Source of the DNA: Anaeramoeba ignava BMAN
Taxonomy: Eukaryota > Protista > Anaeramoebae
Assembly (NCBI GenBank): GCA_028826165.1
Contig: JAPDFW010000011.1
Coordinates: 186,001-250,000, forward strand
DNA: 64,000 nucleotides
Direction of reading: 5' to 3'
This document shows, piece after piece, positions 27,481 to 43,800 of this stretch; position 1 is the first letter of the stretch; each line of letters begins with the position of its first letter. Below the pieces are notes generated by a model, which was given only the letters and a program-made list of their open reading frames with translations, made no database searches and was not told the DNA's origin. Both the position numbers and the translations under genes were made by a program.

Positions 27481-30400
27481 ATGAAAAATTATTCAAGAAT
27501 TCATTTTGATCAATTTGATTCTTCATTAAAATCATTAAACAGTTTACCAAAAAGCAGAAGAGGAAAATCAAGTCAATTTCAAACACAAAAAATTAAATTT
27601 TCGAAATTAACGAAATATTTTCTTACAAAAGATATTAACCAATATACAGAAGATACACCATTTTCTTTTCGAGATAAATCTATTGAAGAATGTAAAAAAC
27701 AAATTTAACCAAATTTACTTTATTAAAATACAAATTAAATTATAAAAAATATAAATAAAATTATAAATAAAATTATAAATAAAATTATAAATTAAAATTA
27801 TAAATAAAATTATAAATAAAATTATAAATAAAAATATAAATAAAATTATAAATTAAATTATAAATAAAATTATAAATAAAATATAAATAAAATTATAAAT
27901 TAAATTATAAATAAATTAAATTATAAATAAAATTATAAATAAAATTATAAATTAAAAATATAAATAAAATTATTAAAATAAAATTATAAATTAAATTATA
28001 AATAAAATTATAAATAAAATTATAAATAAAATTATAAATAAAAATTATAAATAAAATTATAAATAAAATTATAAATTAAATTATAAATTAAATTATAAAT
28101 TAAATTATAAATTAAATTATAAATAAAATTATAAATAAAAATTATAAATAAAAATATAAATAAAAATTATAAATTAAATTATAAATTAAATTATAAATAA
28201 TTTATAAATTAAATTATAAATAAAATTATAAATAAAAATATAAATAAAATTATAAATAAAATTATAAATAAAATTATAAATTAAATTATAAATAAAATTA
28301 TAAATAAAATTATAAAATAAAATTATAAATAAAATTATAAATAAAATATATAAATTAAATTAAATTTAAAAAAAAAATATAAATTAAAATTATAAATTAA
28401 AAATATAAATTAAATTATAAATTAAATTATAAATTAAAAATATAAATTAAATTATAAATTAAAATATAAATTAAATTATAAATTAAATTATAAATTAAAT
28501 TAAATTATAAATTAAATTATAAATTAAATTATAAATTAAAATTATAAATAAAATTATAAATAAAATTATAAAATTAAATTATAAAATAAAATTATAAATT
28601 AAATTATAAATAAAATATAAATAAAATTATAAATTAAATTATAAATAAAATTATAAATAATTATAAATAAAATTATAAATTAAATTATAAATTAAAATTA
28701 TAAATAAAATTATAAATAAAATTATAAATTAAATTATAAATTAAATTATAAATAAAATTATAAATTAAATTATAAATAAAATTATAAATAAAATTATAAA
28801 TTAAATTATAAATTAAATTATAAATTAAATTATAAATTAAAATTATAAATAAAATTATAAATAAAATTATAAATTAAATTATAAATAAATTTATAAATAA
28901 AATTATAAATAAAATTATAAATAAAATTATAAATTAAATTATAAAATAAAATTATAAATAAATTTATAAATTAAATTATAAATTAAATTATAAATTAAAT
29001 TAAATTATAAATAAATTTATAAATAAATTTATAAATTAAATTATAAATAAAATTATAAATAAAAATTATAAATTAAAATTATAAATAAATTTATAAATAA
29101 ATTTAAAATAAAATAATTTATAAATATAAATTAAATTATAAACAAAATTATAAATAAAATTATAAATAAAATTATAAATTAAATTATAAATTAAATTATA
29201 AATAAAATTATAAATAAAATTATAAATAAAATTAAATTATAAATAAAATTATAAATAAAATTATAAATAAAAATTATAAATTAAATTATAAATTAAAATT
29301 ATAAATTAAATTATAAATTAAATTATAAATAAAATTATAAATTAAATTATAAATTAAATTATAAATAAAATTATAAATTAAATTATTAATAAAATTATAA
29401 ATTAAATTATAAATAAAATTATAAATAAAAATATAAATAAAATTATAAATAAAATTATAAATTAAATTATAAATAAAATTATAAATAAAATTATAAATTA
29501 AAATATAAATAAAAAAAAATAGCTTTAGAACCAGTTTATAATATATCATTCAATGATGAAATCCCATTTATAGAAGAACCATTATATGGATTTGAACCAC
29601 CAGGATTTAATCTAAAAGAATATTTCAAAGAAAGAAAATCAAGAAATTTTGTACGATTCACTCCACATATATTTGGAAAAAAATTATCACCATTAAGATT
29701 ACCATCACAAATCCCAAAAGACGAACAACTTTTAAATCCAAAACATTTGAAAAAAGCGAAAAGATCACATACAGCATTGATATCATTCACAGGATTAAAT
29801 CTGAACAAGAAAACATTTCCAATATTCATCTCACAAATTTCAAGTTTCAAATTTGTGGAAGTATTAATTTTGATTGGATGCAAATTATCAACAGTAGCAG
29901 GTATTGAACTGCCACGACTTCGAATATGCGATTTGCGGAATAATTTAATCAAAACCAAGAAAGGATTACAAACATTTTTCCGAACATCTCCAAATATTGA
30001 AATTCTTGATTTAAAAGGAAATCCTATTTGCGAAGATCCAAATTTCAGAAGTATTACTATTGCCCAATTACCAAGGTTGTCACTTTTAAACGGACAAGAA
30101 GTTGGAATTGATGAGAAAATTGATGCGATTAAAAAATATGCACCGAAAAATATTCAGAAGAAAATTGGAGATATAAAATGGGATTTAGTTATATGTTCAA
30201 TTCCTGAGATTCGAACTATGCCTGGATGGTATCCACAGAATATTGTTAATTTGGTTCTTCCCAATCAAGGAATATCTAGTTTTCATGTTGGAACTTTTGT
30301 CTCTCTTCAATTGCTTGATTTGAGTGGGAATGAAATTGTCACTTTGCAAGGAACTGGGCTTGAGCAGTGTGATAAATTGCTTTCTCTTTCTATGCAAAAT

Positions 30401-33400
30401 AACAAGATTGGTGATTTATCGAATGCAGTTTTGAGTGTGTTACCTTTTTGTCCTTCTTTGCAACATGTGAATTTATCACAGAATTTGATTAAGGATTATC
30501 GGTCACAAGTGATTTATGCGTGTAGGAATTTAAGAGGAACGAATCGGCAACCTGGGTTATCAACGATAGATGATAAAGGTGTTACAAGTGAAGAATATAT
30601 ACAGAGTCTTTATCAAGCTGTAAAAATATAAATAAAATATAAATAAAATATTTAAAATATATTTAAATAAAATATTTAAAAAATATTTAAAAAATATAAA
30701 TAAAATATAAATAAAATATAAATAAAATATTTAAATAAAATAGGGCGCAATGAACCAACTAGAAATCGAAAAAACAAAATGGATGCTTTTGGAATTCCAA
30801 CAATTTGGTCATTTCCAATTAAGAGGAATAGACAAATTCACTAAATATATTAAAGCTATATCTTTCCCATCAAGTAATCTCGGTTACTCTTCAGTTAATA
30901 AATTCAACCAAATCGAAGTTCTTGTTCTTCAAAACAATAACCTAACAGAAGTTAAAGGAATCCGCAAACTCAAAAAATTACGATGGCTTGATTTATCAAA
31001 AAACCCAAACTTAAACATTATAAAAACATTGCAAAGTTTAAAAGAAATAACAACACTAGAAATTGCAGCATTTGCATCAGATATATCAACAGACATTGTA
31101 TCAGATGGTTTGAAACCCAAAATTCTCAAAACAACATTTTCTCAATCAAACCAGAATGAAAAAACAAGTTTATCAGCATCAAACACACAATATCGAGGAA
31201 GAGTATTGAGTTCGTTAGTTCCAAATAACACAAAATTAACAACTATTGATACATATGCAATTACAGTTATTGAAAGAGCAGATGCATATTTGACACAAGG
31301 AATGGATTCCAAAATGGTTGAGAAATATCGTTTTTATCTTGCAGTAACATTGAATGCAACAAAGGATTTAAAACAAATTGATGAAATTGATGAAAATGAA
31401 GATGAAAATGAAAATGAAAATGAAAATCAAAATCAAAATGAAAATCAAGATGAAAATGAAAATCAATTTGAAAATCAATTTGGTGAATATGAAAATAATG
31501 AAAATGACGAAAAAATCAAAAAACAACAATCAAGTGTGAGAAGTCTTCAAGATATTGATGATGATTTTCTTGAAATTCTTGGACAATCACCAACAATTCG
31601 ATTTCCAACAAACACATGGATTGAAGAAATCAACTTTTCACCTTCAGAAGTTGAACCAGGAAAACAATATGAAATTAGCAAAGTGATTAGTTTAAAGCAT
31701 TTATGTAGGTTGCAATTAAAATATGCGAATTTTGACGGATTTGAAAACTTAGAAAAATTAAATCTCTCAAATAATCAATTGGAAAATATTGAAACACTTG
31801 GATTGGTGAATCTACCAAAACTTCAGGAATTGGATCTGAGTTACAATAAGATTGGAAATAAAGTGAGTGAACTTTCTGCTCTATTCGACAAATTAGGAGT
31901 GCTTGAAATGGTGGCATTGCGAGGAAATCCATGCATGAAGGATTCAAATTCAAGACAAAGCATTCTCAACGGAATGACATCAATCCGGCAGATGAAAAGT
32001 CGGTTGAGAGTTATTGATAGTGAAATTACAATTGGAGAGCGTGTAAATGCGTGGAAGGCACAGGGTGTGTCTGAGAAACAGTGCGAGGAGTTAAGATTCC
32101 AAGCGGTTATTTTTGTGCGGTTTAAAAACAAGAGCGAACTCGATCTTTCGAATTGCGAACTAAGTGAGATTGATTTAAGTGATGAACAATTCAAGGATTT
32201 AGAAAAATTAAATTTGCAAACGAACTTGTTTGTGTCATTGAAGAAAATAAAGGGATTAGCAGGTTTAACTCAACTGAAAGTACTTGATTTGCGAAATAAC
32301 AAACTTAAAAAATTAGATCGAGTTTTGGAATTGATAGGCAATTTCCCATCGTTACTTTCGGTTGGATTTTCTGGGAACAAATTTGAGGATTATTCTGCGA
32401 AAAATATCATTTCACGAATATATCAACTGAGAGATCCGAATTACACATTGCAATATTTAGATTCCAAAGAGATCAGTGCTGAGGATATTATCCAATTGAT
32501 CAACAAAACGAGTCTGAAAGAGCATAAAAAAAAGAAGAGCATGAAAAACCTGAAAATTGGAGGTGAGACTTATCATATGGAGATGGACGACGACAAGTTC
32601 CGTTTCCAGCTCAATTTCAACAGAAGATTTCGCCAGTATGGAGTGAATGTGCCAAAGAGCGAAATGCTTGAATTGGATCTTTCGAATTGCGATCTACGCA
32701 AAATTGATCTCCAAGAATTCAAATCGCTCAAGAAACTTTCTTTGCAGAACAATCACATTACAGACGAAAGTTTCCAGAACTCGAACATTCTGCAAATTGC
32801 ACAATTGGAGGAGCTTGATATCAGCGGGAATAAATTGAAGGATGCGAATAAATTTTCGCAAGTTATCAATATTCTTTATAATTTGAAGTCGCTTTTTATC
32901 GCGAATAATCCAATGTTTGGCAAAGACACCCCAAACGAAAGAAGCAAATTTTTGGGCAAAATTCCCAATGTTTTTCAACGACCCACACTTGCATTTCTTA
33001 ACGGAAAAAAAATAACAATCCGAGAACTTACGCAGGCATTAACGCTGCAGAATAACGAGAGTGCGGAGCGTATGCGGATCAATATGATTGCCCACAGATT
33101 GGAATTGGAGCCTTCTGGATACACGCAATTAAGACTTGTTGATTATGAAATTAAGATTTTTTACGATGTTCGAATGTTTGAGGATCTCACTCATCTCTCG
33201 CTTGGCTATAATAAAATCACGAATCTTAACGGCCAAGGATTGGAATATCTCCACAAACTTCGTGTGCTTGATCTGCGAAACAATCAAATCTCAGTTTTTG
33301 CGGATGCGATCCAAATCATCCAGGAAATAAGCACATTGCGACGACTTTACTTGCAAAATTGCACAGGTCGTTCGGACACACAGAAACCCGAGGCGTACAT

Positions 33401-36101
33401 CAAGGATGTGTGCATGACGCTTCGCGGATTGGAAATGCTTGATGGGATATCGAATCCCTATCCTCTCCAGCCCGAGCATTGGGAAGAACTCTCCAAGCTC
33501 ATGAAAATCACCAACGGAAAGATCGGCAATCCGCATAAAATAACGGTTCTTGATCTTTCAAACAAAAAATTTGCTTCCAATCTTTTTGAGCCCGTTCTTT
33601 CTTCTCTCTCCGTTCTTCCCATCAAGGATCTCATCATGAAGGACAATCCTTGGGAAAATGTTCCGCATTATTGGTTCAAGATTGTGTATGCAATCAAGTC
33701 CCTACAGAGTCTGGACGGCGTTGCGATCAGTATTGCTCAACGCGATAACGCAATCAATCATCTTGCAAGATTGAACCTGATCCCCAAAAAACCGAGAACA
33801 ACCCAAAACGTTCCAAATGCGAAAAATCCAGAAAATTCGCAAAATGTCACAAATCAAGAAAATGCCGGAAAGGTGAAGTTTGAAGATCAAAATAACGGAA
33901 AAAAAAAGGGAGACGAATTGCTAGATAATCGGGACTTTGTTGATAAGAACATGAACAAGATTGTATCGGGAGCAGGAGTAGTAACGGGAGCGATGGTAAC
34001 GGACACTGGAGATATTGATCTTGATCCGAACCGGTACAATTCAGGCGCGCAAGAAGGAATTGACCTTTTTCAGCAGGGACAAGAAGAAGTGAAAACAGGG
34101 ATGGCACGGTTTGACAGTTCTATTGGGACTTTCGATGGGATTCCTGGACGATTTCTAACGAAAGGAGAGATTGTCATTTCATATCTCCAGATTTTGGGCG
34201 TGTTGATCACCCTGATAAACCCTGATCTCTGGCCTGATGTATTTCTGCGGTTCTCATGGATCACGTTTCCGTTCTCAATTGATATTGATTTCCTTGTTGT
34301 TGCATTTGACATCCACGTTCCCTTCCAATTTGAGTATGCGAAATTTGTGGTTTTCATGGCGCTTCCGATAGCGCTTTATCTTGTGTTTCTGATCCAATTC
34401 AATCGCGAGCGGTGGAAACGGTGGTACCACTTCAACTGGAAGTCCACAAGAGCGAAAATCTGGATCTCATTGGTGATTCTTATTGCGATAACTGTTATTG
34501 TTGGGATTTTCATTGATTGGAATGATTTCCGGGATAACGACTACAAAATGACAGCAACTCAAAACGGATTTATTCTTGTTTTTTCGGGCGTGTTTATTCT
34601 CTTGTATTTCCTGAGCTATCTCGTCATCCGCAACTTCCGCAAGCATTGGGACGACGATCGCCACTGGTTCCGTTACCAAAAACACAAGGACCGTTTCATT
34701 CTTTTTGCGCTTGCAGTTCTTTATCTTCCGTTGGCAAGAGTGATTTTATACAATTTCAAGTGCGACAGCACACAATCTCATCTTCTTCCGTTCCCCTCTT
34801 ATCCCTGTCCAAGATCAATCGGCGATTTCAAGGCTCTTCAATGGATCTCTATTGTCTTCGGTCTGCTTTATATCTTTGGAATGCCTTTTTTCTTCCTGTA
34901 TTTGATCAGAAAATCAATCAAAGAAATTGACACTATTTATCGAGTGACAGAAGATCTGAAAGAAATCAAAGAACTCAAGAAAAAAGAGCTCAAAACCGAA
35001 GAGCATAAGAAACTCATCAAGCAAAAAAAACGGAAATTCAAGATCAGATATTCGCGCGTTGTCAAGGATTACAAATGCTTCCAAGCGTATTTGTACAACT
35101 CTTACAAAAGAAGCACTTGCTATTACAAGCCGCTTCAAATGCTTGAGAAATTCCTTTTGATTCTGATGACAGTTGCCTTCACTTCCGAGAAGATTCTTGT
35201 TGCCGTTGTTTGTGGATTGATGGCGGTTTTCACTCTGATTGATTTGGTTGTGAGTCCGTTATCGAATAGTCTCGAGTCGATCATGGAAACAAGTGCTCGA
35301 ATAAGCAACACAGTCAATGTTTTTATGGGCGTTCTTCTTGCATACTCGCTTTGGGGAATCAATAACGCTTCATCCGGAACTGTTCTTCTTTTGAGTGTTT
35401 TGATTTGTCTTGCTATTGTCTTGTTAATATTTATTTTTGAGCCAATTTTGCGTTGTTGTAAAAAGAAACCATCAAAAACGTTATCTCTTGATGATTCAGA
35501 AAACCGAGATGAAAAACCGTTGAAACCAATTATTCAAAAGGAAGATTCAGAAGATGATCTTGATAAAATTGACGATGATAATAATAATAATAAAATTGAT
35601 TATCAAAAAATTGATAATAATAAAATTGATAATATTAATGACAATAATGATGAAATGATGGATCTTGATGATCTTGATATCCAAGATGATTCAAGAGCGC
35701 ACAATCAAGGGCAATCTTTCTTTATTGAGGATGATTTCATTCAACTTGAAAATTTTGATGATTTCCAAGATCTTGATGATTTAGATCAAGATGAAAATCA
35801 AATTGAAAATCAAAATCAAAATCAAAATCAAGATGAAAATTTATATGATTTTTTGGAAAATGATGATACTCAACAAGATTCTGCTCCTAAACTTAATATT
35901 CCAAAGCATATTAAAAAACAACTTTCTTATTCAGGTACTTTATCTCTTAATCGCAAACAAGTTATTTCGACTGATTTTAATGTTGAAACTTTGAGAATGA
36001 GACAAAATTTGAAACATGATCTTGAAAAAACAATTACGAAAAGTCAAGTTGATCAATATCTTTTTGATGAATTAAGACTTGAATCTAGTGATGATAATTG
36101 A
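27481..36101 (+). CDS. Giant leucine-rich-repeat protein with C-terminal polytopic membrane domain, 2221 aa; exons 27481-27691, 29523-30619, 30744-36101
   Basis: Exons total 6666 nt in frame. Many LxxLxLxxNxI repeats with LRRcap-like YR..VI..L..L..ID ends; about 10-11 hydrophobic segments starting at EIVISYLQILG..WP; acidic tail. Confidence 0.88.
27735..29510. repeat. 12-bp A/T array (ATAAATAAAATT/ATAAATTAAATT)n filling LRR-gene intron 1
   Basis: Directly visible. Confidence 0.95.
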
Positions 36102-36582
36102 ACAATTTCTTTTTTTTTTTTCTTTTCATTTTTAATTTTGATTTTTAATTCAATTTTTTATTTCTTTTCTTTTTAATTTTTTTATTAATGAAAAACCCAA
36201 AAATGATCCACTTTTTTGATTTTAAATTTGATTTTAATTTTAATTTTAATTTTAATTTTAATTTAAATTTTAATTTTAATTTTAATTTTAAATTTAATTT
36301 TGATTTTAATTTTAATTTAATTTTGATTTTAATTTTAATTTTAAATTTTCTTTTTAATTTTAATTTTAATTTTAATTTTGATTTTAATTTTGATTTTAAT
36401 TTTAATTTTAAATTTTCTTTTTTAAAAAATTAAAATGAATTAAAGTAATGAAGAATGAAAAAAAAATCTTTTTTTTTTTGGGAAAGAAAGAAAGAAAAGT
36501 ATCAAAAATTGTTATGAAAAAAAAAAAGAAGAAAACGAAATGATTTGGCAAAAAAAGAAGAAGAAAGAAGAAAAAAAAAAAA

Positions 36583-39568
<2,986 letters not shown>

Positions 39569-40639
39569 TTCAACTGTAATTATAAAACATTTTTTTATGT
39601 TAATTTGTTGTAATTTCAATTATAATTTTAATTATAATTTTAATTTCAATTTCAATTTTAATTTTTATTTTAATTTCAATTTCAATTTGAATTTTAATTT
39701 TAATTTTAATTTTAATTTCAAATTTAATTTGAATTTTAATTTTAATTTCAATTATGAATTTATTATTGGAAAAAAAAAGCAGAAATTTTCTTTATAATTT
39801 TATTTATAATTTTATTTATAATTTTATTTATATTTTTGTTTATATTTTTATTTATAATTTTATTTATATTTTTGTTTATAATTTTATTTATAATTTTGTT
39901 TATATTTTTATTTATATTTTTGTTTATATTTTTTTGTTTATAATTTTATTTATAATTTTATTTATATTTTTATTTATAATTTTATTTATAATTTTATTTA
40001 TAATTTTGTTTATAATTTTATTTATAATTTTATTTATATTTTTTTATATTTTGATAAAAGAACAAAAATGAAATTGATTTGAAATTTAAAATTTTTTTTA
40101 ATTAATTTTTGCTTTTTTTTTGCCCACAATAAATAAAATAATTAAAATTTAAAATTTTATTTTTCTCCTTTTTTTTTTTTTTCCTTTTTAAATTAAAAAT
40201 TAATTAAATTTATTAAAAAGTGGAATTGTTTTGATTTTATTATTAAATTAATTATTAAATTTATTAAAAAGTGGAATTGTTTTTATTATTAAATTTAAAA
40301 TTAAATTGATTATTATTAAAAATTAAATTTATTATTAAAATTCTAATTCAAAAAAATTTTGATTATTAAATTTATTATTTTTAATTATTTTAATTAGGAG
40401 CTTAAATTGATTATTAAATTAATTAAAATTGATTAAAATTAATTAAAATAAAAATTTATTTTTCTGATTATTAAATTATTTATTCCTTTTTAAATTTATT
40501 ATTAAATTAATATTAAATTTATTAAAAAGTGGAATTGTTTTAATTATTAAATTAATTATTAAATTGATTATTAAATTTATTAAAAAGTGGAATTGTTTTA
40601 ATTATTAAATTTATTAAAAAGTGGAATTGTTTTTAATTA

Positions 40640-41520
40640 TTAAATTTATTATTAAATTGATTATTAAATTTATTATTAAATTTATTATTGATTATTAAAT
40701 TGATTATTAAATTGATTATTAAATTAATTATTAAATTGATTATTAAATTGATTATTAAATTAATTATTAAATTGATTATTGATTATTAAATTATTATAAA
40801 AATTGAATTGTTTTAATTATTAAATTTATTAAAAATGGAATTATTAAATGATTATTAAATTTATTAAATTATTATTAAATTATTATTATTAAATTAATTA
40901 TTAAATTTATTATTAAATTTATTATTAAATTTATTATTAAATTTATTATTAAATTTATTAAATTTAAATTATTAAATTAATTATTAAATTGATTATTTAA
41001 ATTTTTATTCAAAAATTAAATTAATTATTAAATTTGATTATTAAATTAATTATTAAATTAATTATTAAATTGATTATTAAATTGATTATTAAATTGATTA
41101 TTAAATTTATTATTAAATTGATTATTAAATTAATTATTAAATTGATTATTAAATTAATTATTAAATTGATTATTAAATTTATTATTAAATTGATTATTAA
41201 ATTAATTATTAAATTGATTATTAAATTAATTATTAAATTTATTATTAAATTGATTATTAAATTTATTATTAAATTGATTATTAAATTGATTATTAAATTG
41301 ATTATTAAATTGATTATTAAATTAATTATTAAATTAATTATTAAATTTAATTATTAAATTAATTATTAAATTTATTATTAAATTTATTATTAAATTTATT
41401 ATTAAATTTATTATTAAATTAATTATTAAATTGATTATTAAATTGATTACTAAATTGATTATTAAATTAATTATTAAATTAATTATTAAATTAATTAAAA
41501 ATTTTATTAAAAATTAAATT
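40640..41520. repeat. Intergenic 12-bp array (ATTATTAAATTG/A/T)n
   Basis: Gives the spurious IIKL ORF. Confidence 0.9.
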
Positions 41521-41543
41521 TATTATTAAATTGATTGTTAAAT

Positions 41544-43614
41544 TTATTCAAAAAAAATCATCGCCAGAAATAGAATAATTAAAATTATTGAAAAATTAAC
41601 TTCTTGATTCGATAAAGAAATTTCTGTAGAAGAAATTTGATAAAATGGAACTGGATAAGCATTTCTTGATGAAATATAAAGATTGTGTCTTGTTCCATCA
41701 TACTTCGAAATATCAACTTCAAATCCTAAATCAAGTATTATATTTCCAACAAACTCATTTGAACTCGTTTTAACTTCAGAAGCTTTAATCAGAAAATAAT
41801 TCACTGTTTCGTCATAAATATAACTGAAAAAAAAAGCATAAGTATCACTTGATTCAATAAATGAACTCGTAAATTCTATAGTTCCTTCAATTTCATAACA
41901 TGGAAGAAACCTCATATCTGTTGATGAAATCCCACAAATATATCCATATTCTTCATTAGCTTCAGTCCCAATATAAATTCTTTCATGTTTTGAATCAACA
42001 ACCATTGTATCAACCCGAAAATCTTCTAAAGTCATAGAACCAATTTGCTTGAAAGTTGATAATCTAATTTTAATAATTGAATAAATCGCTCCTTGTGAAT
42101 TCTGGATTAATGAATAAAGATAACCTCTTGAGCTATCAATCTTTAAAAAGTAAATAGCTACATTTGTTGATAAATTGAAAGAATCAACAACTACCAAATC
42201 TGGACAACTCAATTTATAAATTACTGGAGTATCAAAATTATCGGTCAATCCAACATAAAGAAAATGATTATTTGAATCAAATGCAACTGATTTACATATA
42301 CCAGATGCTAAATAATTTTGATCTTGTATTGTAAAATCTGATAATCTAACCTTCATATATCTCGTGCTAAAAAAAAAGAAATAAGCAAATCCATTGAACA
42401 AATCAATCGCTCCGTCTTGGATTTTATCTTCAAAATGATCTGATGTTAAATATCCATTAATTTCAAATGTTGAGAGATCTATTTTAGCAACTAAACCAAA
42501 GGGATCACTAAATCCAACATAAGCCTTCTGATTCACTTCATCTATCAGGATCAAACGCATCTGCAAATAATTCTGAATAAAAACAGTTTCTTCTATGGCT
42601 AATGTTTCTAAATCAATTCTGGAGATCCGAGAACTCAAAGAGGGAACAAATGCAAGTTGATTTTTGAGATCGAGATTCATTGTTTCACAATTTCCAAAAG
42701 CCAAAAGAGTAAGATTTACTATTGAGAAATCTGATAGATTGAGTTTTAAAATTGCTGTATGACCCAAAAAATAAACGAATCCATTTTCTTCATCGATTCC
42801 TGAATCACTAAAGCATTGATCTTGGCCAGAAAGCAATGATTCAACTTTTGTGAAATTACTCAAATCAATTTTGATAATAGTTACTGGAAGATTGCAAGTC
42901 CCTATATATAGAAAATGAGAAAGTGAATCAATCACTCCAGTTGCAGGATCCAAATCTGTTGTTGAATTCAAATCAAGAGTAGCAATTATGGAGTAATTAG
43001 ATAAATCAAATTTCAGGATTTTTGGATATGTTTGATCTCCAAAAAGATAAAGTACTTGATTTGGGACATCAATTACTGTTCCAGTACAAAAAGAGGCTTC
43101 AACAGTGAAATTGTTTTCAACTGAGAAACTTTCCAAATCAATTTGAGTAATCAAAGAAAAACTTGGATTTTCGCAATCAGAAATGAAATAAAGCTTTTGA
43201 TTTAAGGTATCAATTTGAGGATATCCCAAAGTGCTAGGAGTGATTAAAGAAATTATCTCATCAACAGCAAAAACTTGTTAAATTGAATCGGATTATTTGT
43301 GGATTTGCAGAATTATCTGTTGCTAAATAAGCCATTTTCTTCTCAATATCTACAACTCCTTTTTTGATTTGAGAAGTTTCTGTATCAAGTACATCTAAAA
43401 CTTTCAATGTTTCCAATTCTAGTTTGAAAATTCTTGAATTAGATTGGCTTCCATAATCAACAACATAAAAGAATCCTGTTTCAAAATCAATAAATGAAAC
43501 TGAAGGATTGTTAATTCCAATTGGAAAAAGCAAATGTTTATTTGGAGTTAATTGCGAATTAATTGAGAGTATTAAAAAGAAAGAAGAAAAAAGAAAAGAA
43601 AGCAAATATTTCAT
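41544..43614 (-). CDS. Secreted, membrane- or GPI-anchored beta-propeller repeat protein (~689 aa), interrupted by one extra T in a T5 run at 43273-43269
   Basis: Signal peptide MKYLLSFLFSSFFLILSINS; ~42-aa blades D....(F/L)Y.G.....I.K(I/L)DL..F; hydrophobic C-terminus. Removing one T joins ..NLTSF to AVDEIISLITPSTLGYPQID. Confidence 0.75.
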
Positions 43615-43800
43615 TTTGTTTTTTAAAAAAAAAGTGAAAGGAAAAAAATGAAAAAATAGAAAGAAAAAAATTTGTTTTTGAATAAGCAAAAAAAAAATTA
43701 TTTAAAAAAAAAAAGTTTTTTTTCGAATTTCTTTTTGTTTTTTAATTTTCTTTTTAAAAAAAAGTGGAAAAAAAAAATTTTTTTTTAATCTTTTTTTTTT

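Noticed and set aside
31687-35362. Many short antisense or alternate-frame ORFs in the LRR gene and the surface-protein genes
   Set aside because: Shadow ORFs expected from locally higher GC; no recognisable motifs.
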